In this document: one piece after another, positions 11,919 through 25,032 of the stretch
Numbering within the stretch: position 1 is the stretch's first letter
How the letters are laid out: each line of letters opens with the position of its first letter
DNA from: Lama glama
Lineage: Eukaryota
Length of the DNA: 64,000 nt
Assembly (NCBI GenBank): GCA_028534125.1
Contig: CM052816.1
Span: forward strand, 42,968,001-43,032,000
Direction: 5' to 3'
Position numbers and translations under genes: made by a program
Notes under the pieces: generated by a model
Seen by the model: only the letters and a program-made list of their open reading frames with translations
Told to the model about the DNA's origin: nothing
Databases searched by the model: none

Positions 11919-12859
11919 AAATTTCTAAAGGTAGAATTTTCAGACTTAGAGTGGATGGGGAGCAACATCAAACAACACATAAGACCAATATGTTTTTAGA
12001 GAAATATAGCTTATTTTCATTTGTGTATTGGTTTTATATTCAGTCACTCTGCTAAATTTGATTATTAATTTGAATACTTTATAGATTTCTTTGGCTTATT
12101 TATTATACAATCATGTCATCAGAAAGTAGTAAGTTTTATTTATTTCTTTGTAATCCTTTTGCCTTTTTATTTCATGGCTTGTCACATATAAGACCTACAC
12201 AATGATGGTGAATTGTGTAAAAAAAAAGACCAATATGTTTTTATGTTTGAACTTGACATTTTATAAGTTTTTTATTTGGGTGGCATATTAAAGAGGAAAT
12301 TTCAAATGATTATTATTAACTGAGAGAAAGGAAGATATATTTTGAGTAGAAGTAGTTAGAATAAAATAGGGACATAAATGAATATTTCAGCTTTTGTGTT
12401 TTCCTTGTTAATTACTCTCCACCCAGTAAACTTTGCCCCACTTTTCCTTTAGTAAGGAAAGGAAAAGATTTTGTTTTTCTAAGGAGCAAAACTTCTCAGC
12501 CAGGAGTGAGAATAAGATGAGTGAAATCTACGCCCTTAGTGGAATATGAATGTCTTAAGAGGTTGTCTTTTCTGTAAGCACAGGGGCTGTGATGCTGCGT
12601 CTTCATCAACATCATCATCATCATCGTCGTCGTCACTATTTTCAACATCGCCCCTTATAATTTACCTTCACGATCACCATCTCACTGTAATCTTCATAGC
12701 AACTTCGTGAAGTAGGTAGGACAAATTGTTTTATCATTTCTATTTTACAAATGGGAATCATGAAGGACCAAGTTTTAGGGACTTGTTTCTCCAGCTAGAG
12801 AGAAACAGGGGAAGGATTTTAATCTGAATCTTCTAGCTTCAAAAGTCACTGCTATTTTG

Positions 12860-13052
12860 ACTCATAGATATAGAGAACAAATTAGTGGTTATCAGTGGGG
12901 AGAGGAAAGGGGGAGGGGCTAGATAGGGGTAGAGGAAAAATGGGTTATTATTGGATTATATAAAATCAGGTGCGTGAAACTTTCGACAATTGAAAGCACT
13001 ATAGAATTTAAAGAATTTTTCATTCAATAAAAAATAAGTAAATTTAAAAAAT
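12860..13052 (+). mobile_element. L1 3' end with A-rich tail
   Basis: actcatagatatagagaacaaattagtggttatcagtggggagagg...ttcaataaaaaataagtaaatttaaaaa. Confidence 0.75.
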
Positions 13053-13829
13053 AACACTACAATGAGAAATCTTTTGCATAAAAAAGTCATTGCTGTATCT
13101 AACATGCAATATATGCTCTGTCCTGCCTAGCACCAGACCTTCAGATAATATTTGAGTGAATAAATTTGAAAGGTCCTGGAGTCTAAATGAATGTTCAGAA
13201 AGCAATAACCATGAGAAAAAAAGTGAAAGAGTGCCAAACATTAAGTTGTACAGTGTTTTTCCTAGCATCTCTGTTCCAACTGATCGTCAATGACTCCAGG
13301 AGTAATATCATATTTCCTAATAAATGGCTGAAACTGAAATTACTGCAGATTTTATGCAGAGCATTGCTCTGAATGGTAGGAGAAATACATAGTTTCTCAT
13401 TTGATTACGTTTGTTCATTTAAATAGTCTGAGAGAAAAATCCATTTTTATAGAAACTGTTGTGTTGAATTTGCTTTGCTAAATGATTTTTCTGGTTGGTT
13501 ACAAGTTCCTAAAAAGTGAGAATTTACCAAGGCTGTTCTTCTCTTTGGGTTTGCATAGATTGCAAACTGTTTTTCATTCTTTACCATTGATTAACAGATT
13601 AATTGACAATTCATAGCAATGGATGAATATCTGAAACACACTATTAGTGGTGGGATTGGGCCCCAGATTCACTATCATGGAGCTTCATAGGAATATAGAT
13701 ATTAAAAATTTAAAAACCCTTTGGCTATTTCCCATGGATGATTATTTATTGAACTGACTTGAATCTAGTACACCTTGACCAAATTGATAAATATCTCAAA
13801 ATATTAATACTACCAGTTCATAAAAATGA

Positions 13830-14760
13830 ATGACAATCTCCAGGTCCATCCATGTTGCTGCAAATGGTATTACTTTACTATGTTTTATGGCTGAGTAGTA
13901 TTCCATTGTATAAATATATCACAGTAATCTGTCAATGGACATTTAGGTTGTTTCCATGTCTTTATTGTAAATAGTGCTGCTGTGAACACTGGGGTGCATA
14001 TATCTTTTCGAATTAAAGTTCTCTCTGGATATATACCCAAGAGTGGGATTGCTGGTTCATAGGATAAGTCTGTAGGAATTTCCTGTAAGTCAATAGGAAT
14101 TTCCATACTGTTTTCCAAACAGCTGCATCAAACTACATTCCCACCAACAGTGTAGGAGGGTTCCCTTTTCTCCACACCTTCTCCAGCACTTATTGTTTGT
14201 GGACTTTTTAATGATGACCATTCTGACCTGTGTGATGTGATTCCTCATTTTAGTTTTGATTTGCATTTCTCTGATAATTAACGATATTGAACATTTTTTC
14301 ATGTGCCTATTGGCCATTTGTATGTCTTCACTGGAGAATTTCTTGTTTAGGTCTTCTGCCCCTTTTTGGCTTGGGTTGTTTGTTTTTTTTGTTACTAAGT
14401 TGTATGAGCTGTTTATGTATTCTGGGAATTAAGCCCTGGCCAGTCACATCTTTTGCAAATATTTTCTCCCATTCCGTAGATTGTCTTTTTGTTTTATGTA
14501 TGGTTTCCTTTGCTTTGCAAAAGCTTATTAAGTTGCATTAGGTCCCATTTGTTTATTTTTGCTTTTATTTCTATTCTCTGAGTAGACAGCCCTAGGAGAA
14601 CATTGCTAACATTTATGTCAGAAAATGTTTTACTTATGTTTTCTTTGTAGAAGTTTTGGTGTCTTGTCTTAAGTCTTTAAGCCATTTTGAGTTTATTATT
14701 GTATATGGTGTGGAGAGTATTCTAACTTCATTGACTTACATGCAGCTGTCCAGTTTTCCC
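13830..14760 (-). mobile_element. L1 ORF2 C-terminal region (decayed)
   Basis: Minus-strand peptides [39 protein letters not shown] and YEPAIPLLGIYP..ICTPVFTAALFTIKTWKQPKCP are diagnostic of L1 ORF2p. Confidence 0.95.
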
Positions 14761-14769
14761 TTTATAAAC

Positions 14770-15506
14770 TTTCAAATGTTATGTTGTGATAAAATATACA
14801 TAGCAAAATTTATCATTTTAACTGTTTTAAGGTGTACAATTCATTGCCAGTTAATAACTTTACAATTTTGTGCAACCATCAGCACTACCTAGTTCCAGAA
14901 CATTTTCATCACCCAGAAAGGAAACTCTGTCTTCATTAAGCTGTCACATTCCTACCTCCTCACTAGTCCTTGGCAACCATTTAACTGCTCTCTAGGTCTA
15001 TTGATCTGCTTATTCTGGATATTTCATATAAGTGAAATCATGAAATATGTGGCCTTTTGTGTCTGGCTTACTTCAGTAAGCAGAATCTTTTCAAAGTCCA
15101 TTCACAATGTAGCATATAGCAAAGTGTCATTCCTTTTTATGCCTGAACAACATTCCATTGTGTGTCTGTACCACGTTTTGCTTAGCTTTTCATCTATTGA
15201 TGGGCGTCTTGTTTGTTTCCATCTTTCAGCTATTGTAAATAATGCTGCTATGAACGTTGGCATGCAGATTTCTGTTGAAGTCCCTCTTTTCAGTTCTTTT
15301 GAATATATGCTTAGCAGTAGAATTGCTGAGTTGTGTGGTAGTTGTCTGTTTAACTGTTTGAGAAACCACAGTGGCTATACTATTTTATGTTCCTACTAGC
15401 AATGCATGAGGGTTCTGATTGCTCCATATCTTGTCAATACTTGTTATTTTCCACTTTTTTGATTATAGCAGTCCTGGTGGGTGGGAAGTGGTATCTCATT
15501 GTGGTA
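14770..15506 (-). mobile_element. Older L1 (L1MB-like) 3' region
   Basis: ttttaaggtgtacaattca...ctagttccagaacattttcatcaccc...tatgtggccttttgtgtctggcttacttca. Confidence 0.85.
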
Positions 15507-16149
15507 AATTCCTGTTGCTTTTTATTGCAGAGAATTTTACTCTTACTTCAAGCCTGAACTAGGACATTCTAAATCGTAGAGCAAAGGCTCTGGACCTGGG
15601 AGGGGCATCCCGAGTGCTTTCCCTTGACTGAAGGGCCATCTCAGTGTGAGGGTCAGTGGAACATGGAGAAAATGGAACTGAAATGTTCCACTGAGCTAGA
15701 CTGTACCAGCCTTGACTGCTAGGCAGAGACCTTTCAGGGGGTAAAAGGTTGTTTTAAAGGAAAGACATGCCATGAGAGCTGGGACTTAGAACAGTAAAAT
15801 ACACCGTGATATAGGCTAAACTGGAAAGAACACAGCCTGGGAGTGGTGACTCCATTGTGAAGATGGTTTCATGGGCTCTGAATTTATGAATTGCCCATGG
15901 ATCACCAGATAGCACCTTATAATTGATTGAATTAACCCCAAATTGTGGACTATTACTGCATTCCATGGGAGGGCCACACTGTCTCTAGTTTGGTAGAGAT
16001 AAATATATTTGGAAATATTTTAGGTTGTGAGCAATTCCACACTAAGAATTCTGGAGTTCTTTGAGGCTGAGTAGAAATCTTTTTTGAGCTGATGATACAC
16101 GGCTGGTCTCACATAGGGAACATTTTGTGATGAAAAACATGAGAATTAA

Positions 16150-16350
16150 CATCTGTCAGATCTGGATTTGAATCCTGTTTATTCACTTACTGATTGTATG
16201 ACCATATCTAAGTACCTTTCCTTCTCTGAGTATCAGTTTTCTGTCTTTAAAGTGGGTATAAGAGCTATCTCATCTTGTTCTTGAGAAAATAATTGAGATT
16301 ATGCATGTGAAACATGTAGCAGAGAGCCTGTCACAGAGCTGGTGTGCAGT
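16150..16350 (+). mobile_element. MIR SINE
   Basis: tctggatttgaatcctg...ttctctgagtatcagttttctgtctttaaagtggg. Confidence 0.75.
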
Positions 16351-16477
16351 ACATGCACCACAAAGGTAGGAATACTGAGGTCACCTTCTTTTTAGGTTAG
16401 CTCTTGGGTGATGGTTCAGGGGAAGGTCTGTAAGAGTAGAAATCATCTTGGAACTTATAAAAGGGATTGGGGGTCTA

Positions 16478-16542
16478 GAGAGGGAGAGGGAAAGAGAGAG
16501 GAAGAGAGAGAGAGACAGAGGGAGAGAGGGAGGGGAAGAGAG
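16478..16542. repeat. GA-rich simple repeat
   Basis: Seen directly. Confidence 0.85.
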
Positions 16543-19226
16543 GTCTTTGCCAAGAGAGAAAAGCCTTGAATTACTTTGATTGAGGATAACCTGGGAACAA
16601 GGAGTAGGCTGATGGGACCTGATTCCAATCCACCCCCAGTATTCACCTTAAGTTTGGCCTTTTCATTGACATTAACCGTTTCATTGACATTAACTGGTAT
16701 TAACTCATCTGTCGGTTGAAATGATTTGCAGATTAATGATAGACTAACTTTCGTTTCATTGGGAAATTAAAATCCTTATAAAGCTGTGACAGCAGTCTAT
16801 TCTTAGAGCAGATACATGGTGGCAGGCAGTGGTTTGCAAGAGCATGTAGCACATTGCTGGGCCTCTGTCCAGCTCTGTTCTCCTCTCTGAGAGTAAGACA
16901 TAAACAACATAAGCAAGATAGAACACCATCCTTTGCTGTTGGAAGGGAGTGGTGATATTTTTAGCTGTTGTATGAGATGATTTGCCTAATATTCCTAAGC
17001 AAGTATTTTCTAGACAACATGGGGTCCAGGGGATCAGGAAATGCCTTCCCTAGTGCAAGAGTGTGGTACTCCAGCTTCAGACTGGCATGTCAGCTACTGG
17101 CTGTGGGTGTTGACTAATAGTACTCAAGTGGCATTGTTATTAAGTTACCCTTTCCAATGGAAATTCCTGATGCTTAATAAGATCAGCAGTTACCACTTGG
17201 CAAATGTATTTTGGGCTTTTGTATTCCATTTTTATAACAACTAAATGATGTAGGTGAGTAAACTGAGGCTCAGATGAATTAACTGGCTTGTACACATTCA
17301 AGTGGCTGCTGTCATGAAAGGAAAAAAATGCTATTCAAAAGGATGACTATGGTTATTGTGTTAACATTCTAAGATAGCAACGTCATTCATTTCAGGGGTA
17401 GAGAGCTTGGTTTTGGTTAGGTAAAGGACCCAACAACCAGTCTAAGATGGAGTTTGAGAAACTGAATGGCTCTGCATAGTCAAGTAACAGAAATGTCTAG
17501 ATTGTATACTAGTGACTTGAGAGGAGGACAAGATTTCTGGGAGACAGATGATTAAAGACAGTGGAGAGAGTGCTTGGAGACTGAGTACAGCCAGCCCCCC
17601 AGTAGCAAGTCAGATCCTGAGGAAGAAAGACCATCTGATTGGAAATGGTCAACTTATTTTTAAGGACAGTGAACTCTACATTGAATCCAAAGCTGTTTTT
17701 TGCTTTGTGTTGGATTATTCTTGGTCGCAGTCAAAACTTAGTAAAACCTTGTTACGCTTAAGAGTCTTGTGTTGAAAGTGCTTTTTTTGAGGGGCCCACG
17801 TGAGTGGGTGAAGTGAGGAAGAAAAAGGAGCAGTTACAAGAGAGAAGATAGGAGACTTGAACTTGGAGTAAGAATTTAGAGCAAGAAAGAATGGGAAGGT
17901 AAGCATCCCTCCTCCCAAAATCCTCAGAAATATTGGGAAGGCGCTGGACCTCTCTCAGAGTGTGAGTTATTTTATTTAGATGATAAAAGAAAGGGTAATT
18001 CCAGGAAGTGAGAATCTTATTTTTTGTTTTTAATCACCCCAGTGGGTGACAGAGAAGAATCTTGAGGCCAGCTCTGCCTGACCCTACAGCCCAGCTCCTT
18101 CTCATTTGCTCACTGCCGTGCACTGCGCCAGTGTTAGCACAGGATGAAAGGCAGGCGATTCAGCGGTACTCTCCTACTCTATCCTGCCATCCCAGGCTGG
18201 CGTGGACCCAGCACTTGGGGCTCTCCTTTCCTTCACAACGTGTGAGAGTTCTTGCTCTTTTACACTTCAGTCCCACATCAGTTTTCATTAGAACAGCTTC
18301 TCGGTGTCAAGGAATTTCTACTGGAGGGCAATGAAAAACTAAAAAGTAATTATAGCTTAACAGCCACAAAGTTCTCAGATTAGCTAAAAGTAGATTTCTT
18401 AGCTAAAAGTGGATTTGCTGTCTATGAGAAAGGACTACTGCAAAGCTGAGTTTGTTCCATCTATTTCTAGCAGAATCCCTGTGTCTCAGTTAAATATGAA
18501 CCGACACTGCAGTAGGCAGTGGATGGACCAGGAGGATAGGGATAACTTGATGACCGTATTGTGTGGATGCCAATAATTTCATAAGAGTAGGGCTGATAAC
18601 AAATTTGAGTTGGACATTATGAATTACTGTCGTATCTTTGTAAAGATTTTATCCAAAAATCTTTCTCAAAAATGAATGTCACTCTCTCTGTCAAGCAGTG
18701 TTACGTAGCAGTGTCTCTATAGAAGTATCATCTAACCCATTTAAAAATGTGATAGCTATCTTCTGAATAATGTGTCCTCCCAATGACTATTACAGTTAGC
18801 CCTGACTTATTCCACATTTATGTGGAAAAAAATACTTCTTTGAACCTCAGCTGAGAAAATAAAGCAAGCAAGATATGTGAGTGGCCAAAATAGATGCAAC
18901 TCAGGTTTTTACTCTGAGTGATAGCCCAGAAGAATACTCAAATACATGTTGATCGAATGAAGAAATGAATGAATAAGCCTAATTTATGCACTTATTTTAA
19001 AGAGGGTTCTAATAAACTTGCATATTTATTTTCCTCATCAACATGAAGTTAGAAGAAGCGCCTTAGAAGGAATGAAAGGAATTAGAAGACTAAGCTTGTT
19101 GGAGACGGGTATACTGATATCTGACCAAATAGTAGGGGGAGGGACAGCTGAGACCAAATGCTGCAGGACTGCAAAGTGCAGGCATGAGAACGAAGAAAGG
19201 CACAGGCATCTGAGATCACTAAGTAC

Positions 19227-19408
19227 AGTGTGTGCTTCTCGAAGTGTGGTCCCTGGACCAGCAGCATCAGGATCACTTGGAAATTTAGAAATACAGATAC
19301 TCAGGCCCAACCTTAGACTTACTAAATCAGGAACTCTGAGGGTGGGGCTCAGCAATCAAACAAGCCCCCTGGTGATTCTGATGTCCATTATTGTGTAAGA
19401 TCCATTGG
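19227..19408. mobile_element. MER5A hAT MITE
   Basis: ttctcgaagtgtggtccctggaccagcagcatc...cttactaaatcaggaactctgagggtggggc...ggtgattctgatg. Confidence 0.85.
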
Positions 19409-19548
19409 TGCAGTGGAACAAAACACTCTAATTCCAGAGGGCACCACTGCATTTCAGCAGAGTGAAATGAGTGTTCGTGACTTGGATTATGGTAGAAAAG
19501 TTACTTATCACAGAATACCCCATCCGAAAACATAGGAAGGTAGGTTAC

Positions 19549-19678
19549 TGGGGTGACTATATATCTGGTTTTCCTGGGACACTTGTTATTTACTTATATC
19601 CTAGCACTGTGAACAACAGCCTTCTCTTTCATTCTTGAAAGTGTCCCCATTGGGTTGATAAATCATATGGTCACCCTA
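19549..19678. mobile_element. MER94-like hAT-Blackjack MITE
   Basis: Inverted termini gggtgactata...tatggtcaccc; internal ggttttcctgggaca. Confidence 0.65.
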
Positions 19679-20629
19679 CTAATGGGCTTAGAAGGATGAT
19701 AGTCAAAATAGTTAAAATCAAGAGATGTATTGGAATTTAGATGAGTTAATTTGGTAAATTTCTACCCCTCACCCCATGATAGTGATAGATAATAAAATTT
19801 TTAGCTTCTCAGTACTTTCCTTGCCCAGACTTATTACCCATTTTCTTTGGTTAGAGGTGGATTCTCGGCATTCTCCAAGCCAGCTTTTAGGCTGTTCTTA
19901 TCCTTTGCAGAATAGTGTCTAGGACCACACTGGCACCCATACAGATTTGTTGCAAACTGCAAATCTGTGTTTAGGGCCAGTTTGCTTTTGCCTTCCACCC
20001 TCTTGCTTATCCACTTTTTAATCCCTGATGATGCAGTACTCTCTTTTCTTTCCTCGTCAAAATGTTTTCTGAGGAAAGGGTCTATAAATTCATGTGCATT
20101 GCGGAAAAACTCGAATATAGTCTCACCTTCGATTGTTTGCATTTGAATGGGAGAGATGGTATTAAGTTACTGAAATACCTTGTAGGTGTCACTCAGTTAG
20201 CAGAATAGTTGTAAGGCTCAGAAAGTGATGCAGTAACAGGAGGCACAAGATTGGGGTCTCCTAGATTGAAGTTTTGCCCCTAATCTCCTAACTTTCATGT
20301 GTCATGGGGCCAGCAATGGGAATTGACCTCGGGCAGGGTCTCAGCACTCAAGTCTGTTGTCAGTGCAGAGGAGGACCAATATTCAGTGCATCTTGCCCAT
20401 CTCAACTCATTCCAGATCCCAATATAAATATACTTTCTTGCAAGTAAATGTAATCACTGAGTTCCTCTTTTCTCTTAGGTCTCCAATCTCCTACTTCCTC
20501 CCCACCACCTGATCAGACAAATTCTCCCTAATGTCAAGGCCAGAGACTGACTTGACAGAGTCTGTAAATAAAGTTGTTTCAATGAATTTGCTGTTAAAAA
20601 TATTTTATTTTAGTGCTGTGGATTTTTTA

Positions 20630-20780
20630 TAGCTAGAGGGGTGGCACTCAGAGAGGATCAAGTCCAGGTCTCATTTTGCAAATGTGAAAACTGAGGCACA
20701 GAGAAGTTAACTAACTTGCCTGACCATACAGATGGTTGTTTCAAGAGTAAAAGTGAGGACCCAGGTTTCATGACACAATT
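20630..20780 (-). mobile_element. MIR SINE
   Basis: ctcattttgcaaatgtgaaaactgaggcacagagaagttaactaacttgcc. Confidence 0.8.
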
Positions 20781-20873
20781 TCCTCACTTCTTGTTCCTTT
20801 TTGGATATTCTAGGTTGGGGGACGGGAATATTTCACGGTTACTTAAATTCTGGTTTAGACCTTGAAGTGAGCA

Positions 20874-20970
20874 GTTCAATCCCCAGTACCTCCATTAAAA
20901 AATAATAATAATAAGCAAATAAACCTAATTACCCCCCAAACAAAATTGAATCAAGAAAATATGAAAAAAA
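20874..20970 (+). mobile_element. 5'-truncated camelid tRNA-derived SINE (Vic-type)
   Basis: gttcaatccccagtacctccattaaaaaataataat...aaacctaattacccccc; reverse complement of the copies at 24916 and 32595. Confidence 0.75.
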
Positions 20971-21474
20971 ATTATTTTTTTAAAAAGTGAACTTACATAT
21001 TAAAAAAAGGAAAAGAAAATAAACTCCTAAGATATAATATTTATGGCTTAAAAAATATCCTGAGATGTGAATTCACTTTTATTCAGGAGGAGAAAGACAG
21101 TTTCAAAGATGAAATACTTAAAATAGTATCAAAGAAATAAAAAATTACTTAAAGAACTCATGAATTGATGTTATGAGTGTAAACTTTATCTTCCTATCAT
21201 GTATTATGAAACCATAAAAAAAGGCCAAAGAGTAACTAGAAAGGAGTAGCTCATGTCAGTGTTGCATATCTTCACTTTAATGAAGATAAATGAAAAGAGG
21301 ATTGTACTATATATACTAAAACCCAATATGATGCTATCTTGGAAATGTAATAAATCTATTAGTATGCTTCGAGGTATATTTGCAATATCAACCTAGTTTA
21401 TTTGCAACAAAGACCAAATAGCCTGATTCAAACCCTTTAAAATCTGTATTAATAGCCAGAATATGAGTTTTTAT

Positions 21475-21730
21475 TATATTTATTGAATGTTTATTATATA
21501 TTTGTCACAGGCATTATGATAAATGCTTTGCATGGATTGTCTCATTCAGTCTTTTCAACAGTTCTTTGAGATAGACACTAGTATCATTATTATCCCAATT
21601 TTGTTAATGAGGAAACTGATCCCCAGAGAGCTTCCCTAACTTGTGTAAAGATTGCACAGCTCCGAGTGGTTAATATAGTATTTGAACCAGGTAGCTTGAC
21701 TCAAGAATCTGAATATTGAGCCACTATTCT
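21475..21730 (-). mobile_element. MIR SINE (near full length)
   Basis: atttattgaatg...ttatcccaattttgttaatgaggaaactga...tttgaaccaggtag. Confidence 0.8.
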
Positions 21731-23056
21731 GTCAACATTCTGCTAAGTGATGCCTATACCATGATGAACAAAATAGACATAGTCCTGGCCTTCCTGGAGC
21801 TTAAAGTCTAACAGAATTTTTTTTAATTATAAAGTTTAGAATAATAACAGTAATTAGACCTTCCTTTTAAGACAGAGGCTAGCAATTAAACTATGAACCA
21901 CTTGCAAGCATTTTTCATATTAAGTATAGTGAAGACCATATATTTTAAATTTCATGGAAAGGATTGACATTGATCCTGATGTTGGAGGAAAAACCAAAAC
22001 ATCCAAAAGACAAGGAAAAAAAGAAAAAAAAAAGACCAGGATAATCTGTTTTTTCCCTGAAAAATTCCGGGGAACTCAAGCAGATATAAGTGGTCAACAT
22101 GCTGGTGTTAAAGGAGATGCCTGAGTTTGGTATCAGTGGATTAATTTGCCTGTGGTGTTTGTATGATCCAAAAATGAACTACAAGGGACACTACACTGGT
22201 AGAGGATTATGTCATCAGGCAGAATGGACCATCTTACATGAGGCCAGTTGACCTCTGGCCCAACTGGGCCATACCTGCCCATTCTCTTTCTTTCTCTGAA
22301 GTCCTTGTTTTGACCCCTACCCACTGCTGCTCTCCTTTCTTTGTTGCTTCCCTGGCATCAGAAGGACTTATTTGGAAGATGCAGAACTTTCTCACCAGCC
22401 TTCAGTCTCTACTCAGGCCTCCCAGAAACCAAATTGGCTTCTTCAAAGGAAAATAATGCTAATTTATCAAAGGCAAGAAACAAACCTAAGGGGACTTTGA
22501 CAGTGAAATACATTAGAAACTTTGAGTCATTTTCTTCTCATACTTAATTTGACTAAAATGCAATTAGTATAGAATAAATGCTAAGATTGTGGTGATACGT
22601 ATTTTAGTCTCACTTCTCTGGAACCCTTTCATTGGATTAAAATACTTTGCTGAGATATTGAGAAGCCTAGTTCTTAAGAGCTAGAAACATTTATTTCCTG
22701 TTAGTTGTCTTAGATTATTCAGATAAATTCAGCCCTCAGTGCAATTTGCTCAGGAATTGTAATTTACCTCTAAATGTGCTGTGCTTTGTTGGAATCAGGA
22801 AAATCTTGTTTCAGCAAAGGGGGAATCATTATCCCCAAAGTGTGAAGCAAACACTAATCATTATTAAGGGCATTTTTTTTTAGAAGGGAGATAGGAACAG
22901 TGTCTTATATATACTAGGTTGTCATGTTTGTTAATTTAGATTAATGAAATTTACACTCAAAAAGAAGGCACCACAATCCAAAGAATTACACTTATCCCAG
23001 TGCTCTTGGTCCTCTTACTTTGTTTTATTTTTCTTTCCTATGATTTTCTTTTCTCA

Positions 23057-23520
23057 TTTTTAATTGACATATAGTTGATTTACAATGTTGCATTAGTTTC
23101 AGGTGTACAACAAAGTGATCCAGTTATATGCAAATATATACGTATATATTCTTTTTCAGATTCTTTTCCATTATAGTTTATTACATGATATTGAATATAG
23201 TTCCCTGTGGTATACAATAGAAACTTGTTTTTATCTATTTTATAATATAGTAGTGTGTATCTGTTCATCCCAAACTCCTAATTTATCCCTCCCTTTCCCT
23301 TTTGGTAACCATAAATTTGTTTTCTATGTCTGTGAGTCTGTTTCTGTTTTGTAAATAAGTTAATTTGTATCACTTTTTAGATTCCACATATAAGTGATAT
23401 CATGTGATATTTGTCTTTCTCTACCTGACTTACTTCACTTAGTATAATAACCTCTAGGTCCATCTATGTTGCTGCAAATGGCATTATTTCATTCTTTTTT
23501 TATGGTTGCAATATTCTGTT
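23057..23520 (-). mobile_element. Cetartiodactyl-type L1 3' end
   Basis: ttttaattgacatatagttgatttacaatgttgcattagtttcaggtgtacaacaaagtgat...ttgaatatagttccctgtg...gttgctgcaaatggcatt. Confidence 0.9.
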
Positions 23521-23804
23521 ACTCTTAGTCTTCTGATCTTCAAATAATATACTCCAGAAACACTAGTCTTATGAGCTCAGAACACATCTTCTCTTTCAGA
23601 GAGACAACTTCCTTCTTTAAGCTATTTTGGGAATTTCTATGAACTATAGCTCAAAGTATTTATTATACACTTCACAGAAAAAACAACTCATCTAATATAA
23701 AACTTTATACTTCACTAAATTAACTCATGAACTTCATCAGCTTACTTATATGTGTTTTACATAGTTGTACTTTTTTTCTTTATCTTTAAAATTTCTTCTA
23801 ACAT

Positions 23805-24117
23805 ACTTTTCCCAGTTTTATAGAGGTATATATATGATGGACATATATCACTGTATAGGTTTAACATGTGCAGCATAATGTTTTGACTTACATATATTGT
23901 GATATAATTACCACAATAAGCTTAATTAGCATCCATTATTTCCTATAGATACAATAGAAAGAAAAAGCAAAAAAAGGGAAAATAATTTTTCTTGTGATGA
24001 GAGCTCTTAGGATTTACTCTCTTACCAATTTCCCCCTATGTCATACAGCAGTGTTACCTATAGTCATTGTGTTGTACATTACATCCCTTGTACTTACTTA
24101 TCTTATAACTGGAAGTT
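23805..24117 (-). mobile_element. L1 (L1MA-like) 3' end
   Basis: ttttcttgtgatgagagctcttaggatttactctc...tgtacattacatccc...tcttataactggaagtt. Confidence 0.8.
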
Positions 24118-24915
24118 AATCTGTATTATCTTTTATGTGTAATATAGTCTTCAAAGTCACCAAATTTTTTTCTGATGAAGGCAGAGTTTAAGTAAATAAA
24201 CTCTAATAATTTAAAACAGCATCTGCATTATATTTTGCAGTTACTTTAAAAATGAACACTATTTTGTAGACATATTTCCATTTAAACTATTAGTATATTT
24301 TACATACTTGTAAATTTTAATGAAAATATATTTCACTGGTTGATGTATTGTTGTTTGTCTAACCATCTTCATCCCATGGTAAAGCACAGTTGTGTTACAC
24401 AGATTAGGTGAAAAGGATGATCATCACTATTAAAAATATCTGTCATATTTAATCTTGAATTAGGAACTTGAACATTTTTTCAAGGTGTCCTAAAAGGTAA
24501 ACCCTCCACAATAAATCTTTAGCAGGGAAAAAGAAAATGCTTGTGTATGCTCCTTTAGATAAAAAGGCCCTGTTTCAAATTATAACACCTGGACATGAAC
24601 TGTATAATAGTATTGAAGAACAAAACCCTGAAGGATAAAAGTACAATTTCATTTTTGTGGGCCTATTTCTCAAGGGGAAACTTCCACGCACTTATAAAAT
24701 TGAACTGGGGAACTTGAAAGTCTTAGAGTGAAAGTTTGGGGGATGTATATACTCGGGACAGAAAGGCTTATTTATCTTTCCTAAAATATATTTTAAATTT
24801 CTTGATGGTTTGTGGTAAATAAACACAGGAAAGATTTCAAAGGTGGTGAACATTATTTGAAAATTTTTACCATTGAGAAATACTTCAGTACAAAGGAGTA
24901 TGGACTTAATTTTTA

Positions 24916-25032
24916 TCTTGATTTAAAAATATTTATTTATTTTTACTTTCTTTTAATGGAGGTATTGGGGATTGAACCTAGGACCTCATGTGTGCTAAGT
25001 ATGTGCTCTACCACTGAGTTATACCCACCTCC
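24916..25032 (-). mobile_element. Camelid tRNA-derived SINE (Vic-type), full length with 15-bp TSD
   Basis: Reverse strand carries A box (taactcagtggtaga) and B box (ggttcaatcc) plus an A-rich tail. TSD t(g/a)gacttaattttta at 24901-24915 and 25033-25047. Confidence 0.9.

Noticed and set aside
24955..25032. tRNA-like A/B boxes
   Set aside because: Part of a SINE with A-rich tail and TSD; not a tRNA gene.
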